Positions 36,696-49,301 of a DNA stretch of 64,000 bases are shown here, piece after piece. A model generated the notes under the pieces. The model was given only the letters and a program-made list of their open reading frames with translations, ran no database searches and was not told the origin of the DNA. This stretch comes from Peribolospora baueri (taxonomy: Eukaryota). Position 1 is the first letter of the stretch. Each line of letters begins with the position of its first letter. A program made the position numbers and the translations under genes. The DNA is taken from contig JAMDHS010000029.1 of the NCBI GenBank assembly GCA_029717555.1, positions 124,001 through 188,000 of the forward strand. Reading direction: 5' to 3'.

Positions 36696-37485
36696 CTACT
36701 AACCCAGACAGAAGCGGCGGCAGTGATGGACAGACAGGTGGTAAGCCTCAGAAGAGAGATCAGATATACATTTGCGACCGTCTCGTCTGAGATTAACAGC
36801 ACAGACAGAAATACAGACGGGTCGACAAATATATCAATGGGTAGACGTGTCGGAGATGGGGTAGAGGAAAAGCAGCAAATGGCTGAACGAGGCGAGGCTC
36901 GAAAGGATGGGCGAGTCTGAAGAGATGGATGAATGCTGAAGAGATGGATGGAGACAAGGAACAATGGCTAACCCTAACCCTTTCTGCCACAGGGGCACGG
37001 CTTTCTGCATTGGCAAGTTATGCTACAACCGCGAAGAAGAAAAGACAGTAGATCAAATGATGATAGGCACGGTGACGAAAAATGAAGTCAGTTGACCAAC
37101 ACATACTACCTGTCAAGGAACAACTCAACGCACCTAGGTGATTCTTCACAACGCCCATGGCAATTGCAGGTGGTGTCCACAGGGTCATTTGGTTTGTTTG
37201 CCAGCCTCGCGTGGGGCCACTTTGGCGGTCTCATCCAAGAGAGAGCTGTTGCAAGGCTCTCGCCTTGTCCTGTTCCATTGTTCCATACTAGGACGATGCT
37301 CGCCAATTCCTCATATTACAAAACCAAGAATAAGGGAGCGCTATACAGGACGCTAGCGCGAGGGCAGGTAGGCTCGACAGGTCACGCGAACAGCTCGAGC
37401 CGAGCACCGTCCCATTGTGACTCACGCTGCCCGCAGTACCAACTTCATTCGTCTACTCAACCTCCACAAGCTGCAACACCGACCG

Positions 37486-38734
37486 ATGAGCCAGTCTGCG
37501 TCCTCTGACACCTCTTCGCAGTTGGGCGGGCTCGCCGCTGTTTGCGCACAAGTCGACTTCGCCGCACTGGTCCAAGTCTGCATCGCGCTCCGCGGCGACG
37601 GCACATCTTGTCACGTTGTGAACGAAGCGCCAGCTTACGGGTCTTACCACGCCGTCTGGTGTCTCGAGTTCGCCGACAAGTCAAGTGGGCTGCCAAGCTC
37701 CCCCTCGTGTGGGAAGAAGAACCGATGCAGAGGTGCCCACAGCTGAGAGGAGAACAAGAACGAGTAGAACAGCTCGCCTCGGAAGCCGCCTTTTTGGAGT
37801 ACGCTTCCCACGCCTTCCCCTCCCTGCCGATTCCGAGAATTCGGCATTTCGACCGCCACGGAGCGTCCGTTGGCTCACCTTTCCTCCTCATGGACTGGAT
37901 GCCCGGTCGCCAAAGGCGATTTGCGCAGCAAGAAGCGCCCTTCGGACGCAGCCTTGGTCAAAAAAATGCTCGATCAAGTCGCCAGTTTCGTTGTCCAACT
38001 CACGTATGGGTCGGTCGCAGCACCGCACGATACTTGGCTGTCTCCGCTCGACAAGGAGAATCCGCCGGTGTCTGTCGTGCCTTACTTTCTCAACCGCTTC
38101 GACTTTATGATCCGTCACCACCTTCTTAACCGCACCAAGTTTGACGCTCGAAACTACCTCGTCCTACGCTCACTCAAGACGGCAGCTGTTCCTGCAGGAC
38201 TGGATGGTGTGTTTCCGGTCCATCACAACGACTTAGACTGGTGCAACCTGCTTTGGGATGACGACTACGTGCTCACCGGGTGCGTGCCGTAAAGCTACCT
38301 TCCTTATTTCCTTTTCTTTGATCGTGTCGATGGATTCTGAACTAATCCCGCTACTTTGTGCCTTTCCGTTGGAAAGCGTGATCGATTGCATAGGAAGGCG
38401 TATACCTCTCCACGAAATTGTGGAGGAATTCGATCGGATTGACCTGGAAGATGCGGACCGGCGATACCTATTGTCGCGCCTTGGCGATCACGAGGCGCAG
38501 TACCTCAAAGCGCACCCGGACCAATCGGCCGCTGGATGGCCGACGACGATGGCGGCGCTCGCGGAAAAATACTACAGTGGAAAGGGGGGAGAGTTGTTCG
38601 CCAATATCGAGCACGCGCGCGAGCTATCGGAGAGGGAGTGTGTGGCTCGAGGGAGGAAGCGGTGGCAGCGGATGGTGGCAGGGCAGTTGGACGAGGTGCT
38701 CGATACCCAGAGATCGAGGGCTCTCCCGTGCTGA
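37486..38734 (+). pseudogene. Aminoglycoside phosphotransferase/choline-kinase-like protein, frameshifted
   Basis: YGSYHAVWCLEFAD / VKWAAKLP...LASEAAFLEY...LPIPRI...SPFLLMDWMPG / HHNDLDWCNLLWDDD...TG|VID. Frameshifts at about 37680 and about 37910-37930, with no intron at either. Confidence 0.75.
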
Positions 38735-39599
38735 AGGAGGTGAGGGCGTCGTTGGAAGAGAAGAGTGGACGGAAGAAGCGGGGACTCGAGTGAATAATGT
38801 AGACATTGGCATTTTACCTGTCGGTCGCGGGCGATAGCAGGTAGAGAGACGGATTATACTCGAATGGATGGATTACAGCGTGTACTCTAGTGTATGGATG
38901 ATGAGTTGCGATAGTTATTGCACGCGTTTATAGCGACCAGAGAACAGCGTGCGGTCAGCTCACTCGACTCACTCGCGCGACGTCTTCGACGAGACGGCCC
39001 ACACAGGTGACAAGTAGGCAAACGACCCGTACACGAGTCGGAGGGAGTTAGACGGTGTGGTGATGATGTATACTTCGTCGTGGTTATCTTCACAGGAGCC
39101 AGTGGACCTCGTGTTGGTCCAGGTACAAATATCTTCCTCACGTGACAGGTCACATGACATCTATATTCTCTAACTGAGGGCGCCAAGCTCCGTCAACAGA
39201 CGTATCAATCAACGCGCTCCAAGCCTTTCTCGGCTCGAAAAGCTTGGCTTCGGCAAACAGCACATGTGTGCAGCTCAGCCCATCTGAAAATCCTGTTTTG
39301 GCAGTTCGAGGAAATATCAAGTCTGACTCTGCACTAAGGGCATAGAGTGAGTTGGCTCGGCTTCCTGCCTAGCGTGACCTCGCTCCTCTCTTTGGGGCGT
39401 GATTGTGTACTGTATTTAGGTCACCACCATCGTCCACCAAAGGTGCATGCATGCAGCACCGCGACTGCAGGACAGTCGACGAAAAGGGTATTTTGTAAGC
39501 GGTCGATGACTGGACGGTCTGTTGAACACGAGCATACTCACCGAGCCACATCGTGAGTTGACCTCCTGCTGCCTTTGTGGGTCGGTCTGATACCGTTCG

Positions 39600-40429
39600 T
39601 TCAAAAGACGCGTCCATCATTCCGCCGCTTGTACTCATCGTTATCGGCCGGCTCGGCAAACGCGTCGGCCTGTGAGGGAAGTAGAAGTTAGACCCGCACA
39701 GGATGAAGCCGCCGGTACGAGAGAGACACGCTGGGCTGTCTTCCGGCAAACATGATCCACGTCCTCATCCGATACCTACATCTTTGTGACCACATGACAG
39801 CATTTGACTTACAGACCACAACTCCCAATCTCATCACCTCCAGGACGCAGTTCGGCGTTCTATGGACATGGGAATATCTGCGCGCCGTGACACACGGCCA
39901 CTCGCCATATGGACGAAGTTCTCAACGTTACACACCCTCCTGTGTCGTACTCCAACTCTCGCGCACTTACATTGATCGTTGGTCAGGTGGAACTTTTGGT
40001 GTAGTGCGCACGCCAGGCAGAGTTGGACCGGGGACATGATCCCAAACTCAAGGTTTAGCAAGCTCTGCGAAAAGTGAGGCGCCGCACGGCTGATGACCTC
40101 TACATTTTCGATATGACCTCAAGCCTATCTACCTCCAGCGCCAAAGCGATCACGAGACGAGGATGATCGGTCGGGCCAAGTGGGACAGGTCGCAAAGCAC
40201 AGAAGAGGGGCTCCTCTCGGACCGCTGTAAGCTCGACCAGGGTTGGTCGCGTTCGAGCTGTCGTCGCACTCGAGCGCGAAGAGGAGACGGCGATGCATCG
40301 CGCGTCGGTCGCAGATCTGCAAGCCATTAGCAACGACCCGTCGCTCGCGGTCGCAGTTGGGAGAATGTCCCAGATTTTCGAGGCGACTGCGAGCGGGCTG
40401 GGGCTCGATGGAAAGAAGATGGCCATCAA
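39600..40429 (-). CDS. Possible orphan or degenerate multi-exon gene
   Basis: ORF 40100..40429 followed by GTAAGT donors (about 39970 and 39812) and CAG acceptors; no recognisable domain. Confidence 0.25.
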
Positions 40430-41230
40430 GGTCAGGAGGCCGCTAGGCGGCGCGCCGACATGGTGGGACGAGTAGATGGTCTCACCGGACGCTCGCTCTA
40501 TCCTTTCCTATCAAGTGTGCTTTACCTGGACTGGATGGACACGGCTCGCCGTGCAACACTCGCTGTTGCCCGCCCCCCCCCCCCTCTTCTCTGTGTTTGT
40601 CTGATGACTGTCTCGACGAACGGGGTCGTCGGACGAGGGCAACGTTCCTCATCATATCATCTCTTCCTCGCAGCCTGGCCGTGGATAACGGTAACTCGGC
40701 GTTCTATTATCCGTCGGCGCCGCCCACTTCGGAGGTGGACGGGCATACACGGGCCGGCTGCGCCCTATTCCCCGCAACTAATGCAAGGTGGAGATGTGAA
40801 TTCATTCGCCGTCAAGCCATGGGCGGTTTAAGACGTGCTGCGGCGCAATACTGTACATGTACACGCCCCATTTTCGGAGATGAGCGGCAGCAGGCGGACG
40901 AGCGGGCGAACGGGCGCCCTTTTCCGGGCCCCTTTTCTTTTCACCGCCGGAATGGGGGTGGTTATAATCCGGTCGCCTTACACCACCGAAAGCGTCCATT
41001 TGTCCATCCCGAGTCACACACTGAGTCGCGACGTTGATTTGAAAGCGAGGCAAGAAGAAACAACAACGGAGCAACAACAGGATCAGGGGCGACTGCAACA
41101 GCCGCAACAACCGGTAACAGCTTCAGCAACAACAACAACTACAACAACTACAACACAACAACTCAACACAACCCCAACCCACGCCGCGGTTGACGCACCG
41201 AACGGGCCCCGCCGTAGCCTCGCCGCCGAA

Positions 41231-42691
41231 ATGAACCCTTACCAGTTCGATGGCAACCTCCAGGGGTTCGCCTCGAGCCCGGCAGCCGCCGCCGCCGCCG
41301 CCGCCGCCAACCCGCTGCAGATGCAACAGGCTTACGCCCCCCAGATGGGATACCCCCAGCAGCACTTCCAGCCCCAGCAGCAGCAGCAGCAGCAACAGCA
41401 GACCCCCGCGCCTGCCCACCACCAGCAGTCGCACCAGCAGGCCGTTCAGCACCACCAGCACCCCCAGGCCCACCAGCAGGACCACCAGGTCACCGCCACT
41501 CAGTCCGCTCAAGTCACCGATGTCGCCCAGTCGAGGCAGAAGGTGAGCAGGCGACGAACGAACGAACACAGCGAGGGAATCGTCCCCATCGCGTCGACGC
41601 CGTGACGTGACGCGCTTGTATCGTAACGAACGTCGCACGTACGCAGACCCCACCGCCGCACAGCGTACGCAACCTCACCCCATGCTCACGCTCCCTCCTC
41701 TTTCCCTGACGGCCTCGCGCAGATGATTGAGGCGTTCCAGAACGTCGGACGAGCGCTTCACGAGTGCGGCTCGTACATCGAGCAGTTCATGAACGCCCTC
41801 GCCCGCGTCGACCCTGCCATCTCCCAGATCATGGCCCAGCAGGCCTTCGCCCTCGGCGGCCCGGGTGACGACGACGGCAAGGGCCGCAAGCGCAAGCGCG
41901 GAGACCGAAAGGAGAAGAAAATACGCGACCCTAACGCGCCCAAGCGTCCCCCCAGCGCCTATCTCCTCTTCCAGAACGACATCCGCAAGGACATGCGGTC
42001 CAAGCACCCCGACAAGGCTTACCCCGAGCTCCTCGCCCTCATTGCTTCCAAATGGAAGGAGCTTCCCGAGGACAAGAAGAAGGTGCGTTCATGCGTGCCC
42101 TGTTTTCTCCCCGCACCTCTACCCGCCGTTGACATCCTTCGCCCGCCATATTCCCTCTCACAGTGGTATCAGGATCAGACGACGGCGGCCATGAAAGTGT
42201 GGGACGGCGAGAAGAAGCACTACGAGATCGGCATCGCCAACGGCACCGTCGTGCCTGGTCAGACAGGTGTCACGCCCACCAAGCCTGCCGCCGTCGCCGC
42301 TCCCGCCGGCGCTCCTGCCGCCGCCTCCATCCCCGCCGCTCCAGCGGAAGAGGAGGAGAGCATCGAATCTTCGGACGATTCCGACTCGGACTCGGACGAC
42401 TCTGACTCGGACGACTCGACCGACTCCAGCGAGTCCTCCCGCGCCAACAAGCTCGCCAAGGCCGCCACCTCTAGCCAGCGCCAGGGCGCCCCGTCGTTTC
42501 AACAGCGCTCTCAGCTGTCCAGCACGCTTAGCTCGTCCGGCGCCGCCGGCAGCAAGGAGGCCAAGGAGGCCAAGAAGGAGAAGAAGGACAAGAAGGACAA
42601 GGAAAAGGGCGACGGTCGCTCCGCCGACACGCTCGAGAGCCCTTCCAAGTCAGACAAGAAGAAGAAGAAGAAGAAGCACGAGGCCGAATGA
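41231..42691 (+). CDS. HMG-box chromatin protein (Hmo1/Nhp6-like) with Gln-rich N-terminus, acidic tract and Lys-rich tail
   Basis: KKIRDPNAPKRPPSAYLLFQNDIRKDM...ELLALIASKWKELPEDKKK|WYQD; two introns. Confidence 0.88.
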
Positions 42692-43779
42692 ATCGTCATA
42701 TCGTCCTTGTCGAAGCGGTCTGCGTTTCGCCCCCTCCTCGTCTCTGTCGTTCCCTCTACCACTCTCGCGTCTCTTTGATTCGGAAAGGGTCTCGTTGCTC
42801 TAGTCTTAGGGCCAGTCGTGCTGGTCATATGGTATGGCGTGGTGGCGCGTCGTTCCCTGTCATTGGTCTTGGCCATGCCCTTTTCTCTTTTCTCCTCACC
42901 CCTCATGGTCTTCTTCGGCCGGCGCCCGTCTCTCGTGCTCCGTCCTCTCCGCTTGCGCCCCCGTCCGTTCCGTCATGCTTCATATCCTCCCCTCCCCGCT
43001 ACCCTTTCCTTTGTCCACCCGCCTCTTCTCGCTTTCTCTTCGCTCTATCTTCCTAACTATCCTTTTTGGCCTCCAGCTCTTTCCCGCGCTCTATCTACGT
43101 TCGTCCGCCTTCCTTCCTGTCCGCCCCGGCGGCTTGCCCTGTACCATCGTATCGTAGCGAACTCCGAATCCAGTGGCCGTGCCCGTCTATCTGTCTGCCA
43201 GCGTGCCAGGTCTTCTTTGTCTTCATCCGTCTGACCGGACAAGACGAGACGAGTCGAAAAGCCGCTGGCGGATTGTCCTCCGGCCTCCACGTTCCATCAG
43301 CGCGATGCACCTCGATCTACAGTATATGTACCAAGACGGGGATGGCAATCGGCAGAGCACCTGCCGACGGTCGACTGACTGACTGACCGACTGACTGACT
43401 GGCTGGCTGCCTGGCTGACTGGCTGGCTGAGCGAGTGAGTGAGTGAGCGGGCACGGCCGGCGATGCGCATCCACCGATCCTATTGCTCCGCTCCGCTCTA
43501 CTTCTTCTCCACCTCGCCGTCCGTTCCGCGTCCAATCGGTGGCGGTGGCGGTAGCGGTAGCGGTGGCAGCAGGCCAGCCAGGCAGGCCGGCGCGGGGCGC
43601 GAGTTCTTCCGAAGGACCGTTTCCGACACTGTCTGTCTTTCTGTCTGTCTCTCCACTGTCCACTGTCCACTGTCAGCTCGCAGGTGACAGAGGGAGCTCC
43701 GTTCTATTCCCCCCGCTCCACGACGACCACGCCCCCGCCCCCTCCTCGATCCTTGCCCTTGCTCATCTATGTCGACAGT

Positions 43780-45126
43780 CTACATCTGCAAACTTTGTTT
43801 CGCCCGTCTCGCCTTTTGTCCGGTGAGCTCCCTCTCCATGAAGAGCTCGAGTGGCGCGTCATCATCGACGGCGACGCCTCCCTTGCTCTTGCCCTTGCCC
43901 GCGTCGAGGTAGTCCTGCTCCAACTCGAACGTCGCCGTGTCCTTGCCCTCGTCCAGCAGGAACCGGTCCTGGCGCTCCCGCACCACTCGGGCGTGTTTTG
44001 CCGCGGGAAGTTGGCCGAGGTTGGGTGTGGGGAGGGAGGGGTTGAAGATGTGAGGAAGCAGATGGGCCGGCGTGTTGGCCCGTATCGTCTCGATGTCGTC
44101 TGCAGAGAGTGTGGAAGTGGTGGGAGGCAAGCCACAGGCCAACTTGGTCCGTGGGAAGGGCTTGAAGGTCACTTGGAGAGCCACGGTTTTGTCCGCTTCT
44201 TGCTCTCCGAACGCTTTTAGCATGAACAACAAAGGATTCGCAGAGTCATAAATCAGTCACCCCTCTCGCCGGTTGCCCTTCCGCCACTGCCGATGAAATG
44301 GGGAAACGACTACGAAAAACTCACGCCGCGCGGCAGACTTCGGCTTCTCAGGCCATGGTACCAACACCGAGCCCTCGATGCCCCTCCCGCTCGCCCATCG
44401 CTGCCACTGATGAAGCTTGCGCTTCCGGTTGTAGCCCGCTCTCTTCGTTGTCAGGTGAGAGGCGAATACCCTGTAAGGTGGAGAGATCGCGACGAGCAAG
44501 CAAGGGAAAGTAGGCCCGGGGCGGGAGAGGCGAGGTCAACATGGTATTCGGCCACTGGGCGAGCTGCGATGCAAAGATGGTAAAATGAGAAGAGGAAAAA
44601 CTATCCCACTCACGGATCACCCTTTTCGTCAACCAAGCCGGGCACCTTGAGCTGCACGTTGGAGTAGTGAATCGGACGCTGGATCGCCTCCCTCGGTGGC
44701 CTCATCGTCGGCTCGCCGCCATCTGGAGACGGTACAAGCCTTGGGACTTGATGTTTCAAGTACTGTACCGAGAGACGCGAAAAAAGCGAACGGATGAGCA
44801 CACGACGCGAAAATGGTCCGGCATGGCGGCTCTCTGCAGTCGAGACGACCAGACGACCGACGCACCGTGATGCCCTCGAGAAAGACAGTATTCGTCTCCT
44901 TGTTCACGCTCTCCACCTTGGCCACCAGGCCCTTCTCCTTCTCCGAACCGACGGTCAGTCGCACCTCGTCGCCGGGCACGATGTTCCAATACTTAATGCG
45001 GTCCGACGGGGCGACGTACTTCGTCTTGGCAAGCATCTTGGTCGGGATCGGAGTGTGCTGGCCTTGCGTGGGCGGGCGAAGGTGCCGCAAGGACTTTGTG
45101 ATGGCCGTCTTGGTCGAGCCGGACAT
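43780..45126 (-). CDS. MRPL40: Mitochondrial ribosomal protein uL24m (MRPL40/L24), KOW domain
   Basis: DRIKYWNIVPGDEVRL...KVESVNKETNTVFLEG, PIHYSNVQL, WQRWA, VPWP. The 3' end is less certain. Confidence 0.82.
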
Positions 45127-45381
45127 GGCTGGTTGGGCGCCTAGTCTTGCGTTACTGGTGTGCGAATCGAGTCCAGTCGAGTCGAAGCGAGTCGTCCGAT
45201 TGTCTTTGACCTATGCCAGTGCAAGCAAGGTGGGAAAGAAGCTTCGCAGGCCGACGACCCGCCGCAGCCCGACGTTCGCTCATTGCCGCAGCAGGGCAGT
45301 AGGCGACGTCGCCCGACGACTCGCGACCCGATTCGACTCGCCTTTACTTCGACCGCATCACCTTGGATTTCTGCAGTGACC

Positions 45382-46070
45382 ATGTCCGACGAGACTACCG
45401 CTACGCTCGAGGAGGCTAACGCTGCCCGCCTGCCTCTTGGCTACCGCGATCACTGCAGCAAGTGAGTCACCCCGAACACGGAGTGAGGGCGTAATGGCTT
45501 TTGATTGTCAGTGGTCATAGCAGGCTGACCTCAAGTGAATCGTACACTATCACACTTTTTTTCAAAAAGGCTGCTCATCAGCTTGAACAAGTGCCGGAAG
45601 GAGACGCTGTACGCGCCATGGAGCTGCGAGGACGAGAGGTGAGCGCCAAGTTCCTGTGACGCTGCGTAGCTGGCGTCTCGTCTGAGTCGTCGTCTTCGGG
45701 TCTCACTCGTTGCTGACGCACTCTTCTCTTTGATTGGTCTCATCGTACCCAGACATTCCTACGAGAAGTAAGATCTGAACGAAGGACCGAATTTTGGCCA
45801 TACAAAGATTGGTCGGCTGGCTTCGCCGATCGGTACGCTGACTTGACTCGCTTTCCTCAATCGTCCTCCATTCAATCGACGTTGCAGGTGCCAGTACGAT
45901 GAGTGAGTGCTATAGTTCGTTTCATACCTCTGATGAACTCCTTTGAACCGATTGCGTTTTTTTCCCTTCCATCCCTTCCGATCCATCTTATACCCATTCG
46001 CAGCTACAAGAAGCGCATGAAGGCTCTTCAGCAGAAGGAGAAGGAGCGCTTGGCGGCATCGGCCGAGTAG
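45382..46070 (+). CDS. NDUFB7: NADH:ubiquinone oxidoreductase B18 subunit (twin CX9C)
   Basis: Five exons give ARLPLGYRDHCSK|LLISLNKCRKETLYAPWSCEDER|HSYEK|CQYDD|YKKRMKAL...AE*. Confidence 0.93.
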
Positions 46071-46547
46071 AGTTGCGATTGTACCCTAACATGCCGTGGA
46101 CCTAGAACCTGGACGGTTTTCAGATCAATTGACGTCTTCCGTTCAGTGTATCCTTTCGTGAGCAAGAAACGACTTGCTGGGCCAGCCCTCACAACGCAAA
46201 TTGCCAAGCCTCCCAACACTGTCCAGATGAAACTAGCGGGGCAAGCCAGGCAGTCCTTTGGGCTGGTTATCTGCTGCTGGCGGCGGTCCCCTATCTTCCC
46301 TCCTCAGCGAGCCCGACTTTCGTCTGGCGGGCTTTCCGCCTTCTACCATACCCCTCAAATGTTGCTCCAACTACCTCACAGGAGGGGTGGCGGTGCCATC
46401 GCGGTTGCGAACCCCTGCCTTCGTCGATGAGGTCGATGATGAAGTCGGGAGCGGTAAATGGCACTGAATGTCCGAGTTTCAAAGGGTCGTAAAACAAGAC
46501 AGAAGCGAAGCGGATCGGGGCAGGGACCAAACAGGGCACAACGTTGC

Positions 46548-47080
46548 TCAGAGCCACATCATTGATGGACAAATCGAGCCTGATGTCACATACCTCTTAA
46601 TCCCTCTCCACCACCTTCTTATCCTAATTTTACTCCTGTTCCATCGCAACTTTCCTCTTCTCCAACCCCGTCTCACCGCCTCTTTAAACTTCCTCCAGGA
46701 CTGGCTCCACCCGCTCTCTCCCTCTCTGTTTTGCCTCCCCTGCCTCGTTCCCGAATCCGTCAGGTCGCCTGAATTCAGAGAAAAGCATGAATCAGGAAAA
46801 AAGACGGACAATAGGCTCAGTATGCACCTCTCTTGTGAGTCACATTGACCTGCTTGGTGGGAAAAGGCCCACTTGTGTGAGCTGTGCTCCCTGATGATGG
46901 ATGTGGGGGCCCGAACCTAGGATCTGGCGGATAAGAATATGGAAAGCAGGTGGAAGATATTGGCAGCGTGGTCGGTGGTGGCGATGAGTGAGACTGTGGC
47001 CTAGATGTCTGCGATGCACCAGCGTTTCCGTCGTGGTTGCTTGCCGGCAAGGCTTTTCTTGTTGATGATGACCCCGCCAT
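46548..47080 (-). CDS. Hypothetical protein (Ser/Pro-rich N-terminus, Arg/Trp-rich amphipathic C-terminus)
   Basis: ORFs 46817..47131 and 46548..46811 can be joined by a GT-AG intron; no recognisable domain. Confidence 0.3.
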
Positions 47081-47386
47081 CGTAGTAGATCGCTCTATGC
47101 AGTCAGACAGCACGGATAAGGTAAAAGGCACGGCAAATACGGATGGTCATCCACCACGCAGCCTCTGGCTGATTCAGCGCGACTAAGAGACGAGGGGTAA
47201 TCATTGCATCCATCGCGATCACCTAGCACAGGGAAGCGGGTTACATGGCAGCGCTAACAGAGCAACAACGATGAGGACTTCCTGGACGGCCGTGACATCC
47301 ACCCGATCGTCCATACAGCCGTAAGCTTATGAGATGACATACCACTCGGAAGCGTTCTTCTTTAAAGCAAAAATAGCACCGGCAGG

Positions 47387-49082
47387 CTAATGCTCGGCCT
47401 CCTCAGCATAGACCTCCCTACTGATCTTCCTGACGCACTGCAAGAACCAGCGCATATCTTCTGGGTCGACGCCGGGAGTGATGCCGTGACCAAGGTTGGC
47501 GATGTACGCCCCGGAACCGCCGAAGCCTCCCTTCTTGCTCCTAAGCATGTTTTCCACCTCCCTCTCGATCGCGTCTCTGCCCGCGTACAACACGGTCGGG
47601 TCCATGTTGCCTTGTAGCGCCACTCGGTGTGCGCACTCGCTCCGACCCTCTTCAGGAGCGTACGCTCGCCTGCTTGGCGCACACTCGCTCAGGACACGGC
47701 GCGCCACCGCGGGTTCGACGGTCCAATCCAGGCCGACGACGTCGTACCCGCTTCGAGCGAGGTCGGAAAGAGCATAGTTGCCGACGCCCTTGGCGAAGAC
47801 AATCATGGGGACGCTGTGCAGCTTGAGCGCCGAGAGCTCGTCGTGCACGACCGTGCAAATTTGACGGAGATAGGGAAGGCAGAAAGTCCGGAAGTCGCGC
47901 GGCGAGAGTTCGCCGGCCCAAGTGTCGAAGACTTGAAGGAGCTATTCGAGACGAGAAAATATGGAGTAAAAGACAGCAGCCGTTGTGAGCCGCCAGACTA
48001 GACTACAGGGGGCGACCTGACGGACACAGACGGCCACTTCAGGATTGCCTCACTCACCTGCGCACCCGCTTTGACCTGACCGACCAAAAAGTGAGCTGCG
48101 ACGTCGGCGATGCGCTTGAGGAGCGCCTTGCTCTCGTCGGGGTACTTGAACAGCCAAGTCTTGGCGTTACGGAACTCCTTGCTGCCGCCTCCCTCAATCA
48201 TGTACGCCATGAGAGTCCACGGCGCGCCACAAAAGCCAATGAGCGGTACCTGTCCCGCGAGCTTTTGTCTAGTAAGCCGAATGGCATCGAAGACGTAGCC
48301 AAGCTCCTTGTCGATGTCGACTTTCTTTTTCAGCCTTTTGTCGACGTCCGCGGGGTTAAGCAAAGGTTCGGGGAAATGGGGGCCCTTGACGGGTAACATC
48401 TGCACCTCCATCCCCATGGCCTGAGGGATGACTAGAATATCGGAGAAAATAATGGCAGCGTCCAGAAGTCCCGCGTATCGTCGCACCGGTTGGAGAGTCA
48501 CCTCGCACGCCAGCTCGGGGGTGCGGCATACTTCAAAAAACTCGTGTGATTCGCGGATCTTGCGGAACTCTGAAGGGGATTATGAATGATGGAGACCACG
48601 AGGAAGAAGAGTAGACGCCCGTCCGATCATTAGCGAACCTTCCAGGAGGTGCAGAGCTCCGCCGGCCCATCATACTTCGGTCTCTTTCTGTCTGTCACCT
48701 CGTCCTGTGTCTTCCCTACATCGTCTGAGCCTGCCTAGCGCATTCATACACGTGCAATGCTGCAAGCATTTTTGCTCAGACTCACCGGGGAGGTACCGGC
48801 CGGCTTGGCGCATGACCCAGACGGGCGCTCTCTCTGTCTTTTCGCCTATAAAGAAATGCCACAGCGAGGCAGTCATGAAAAATAAATAAGAAAGGTAGGA
48901 GTCATAAGCCCAAGTTCGCATTTCTTCCTTCGCCTCCCTACCCCACACCCCACACCGAGACGCCGGTGAAAGGGCTCACCGCGAGCGGCGCGAATCATGA
49001 TATCATTCTGCAAGCCCGGCGTTTCGCTGGGCTTGGACGTGTCGGCCTGGGCCTTTTTTGTGAAGCCGCTGAGGTGATGCAT
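47387..49082 (-). CDS. HEM12: Uroporphyrinogen decarboxylase
   Basis: [38 protein letters not shown]...[49 protein letters not shown]. Confidence 0.97.
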
Positions 49083-49301
49083 GGCGAGAGGAGGAGGGCC
49101 CTTATTGGCGAGCGACGGGGCTTCGTCGATGTGGAGGAGTGAAAGGGGAGAAGAACAGCGTCGAGCTGACCTCAGCCTCGATGCTTGACTGCGGCTGATT
49201 CCGATGGGACTTATTTAAGCGCGCCTGGCCGATGAGAGAGTGCGACGGCGTCGATTGTTCACGTACATCTTTCAACCGACGTCCTCCTCCTCGTTAGAAA
49301 G

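Noticed and set aside
38880..39200. Possible additional LTR ending GTCAACA (39198)
   Set aside because: No matching TG start or TSD found.
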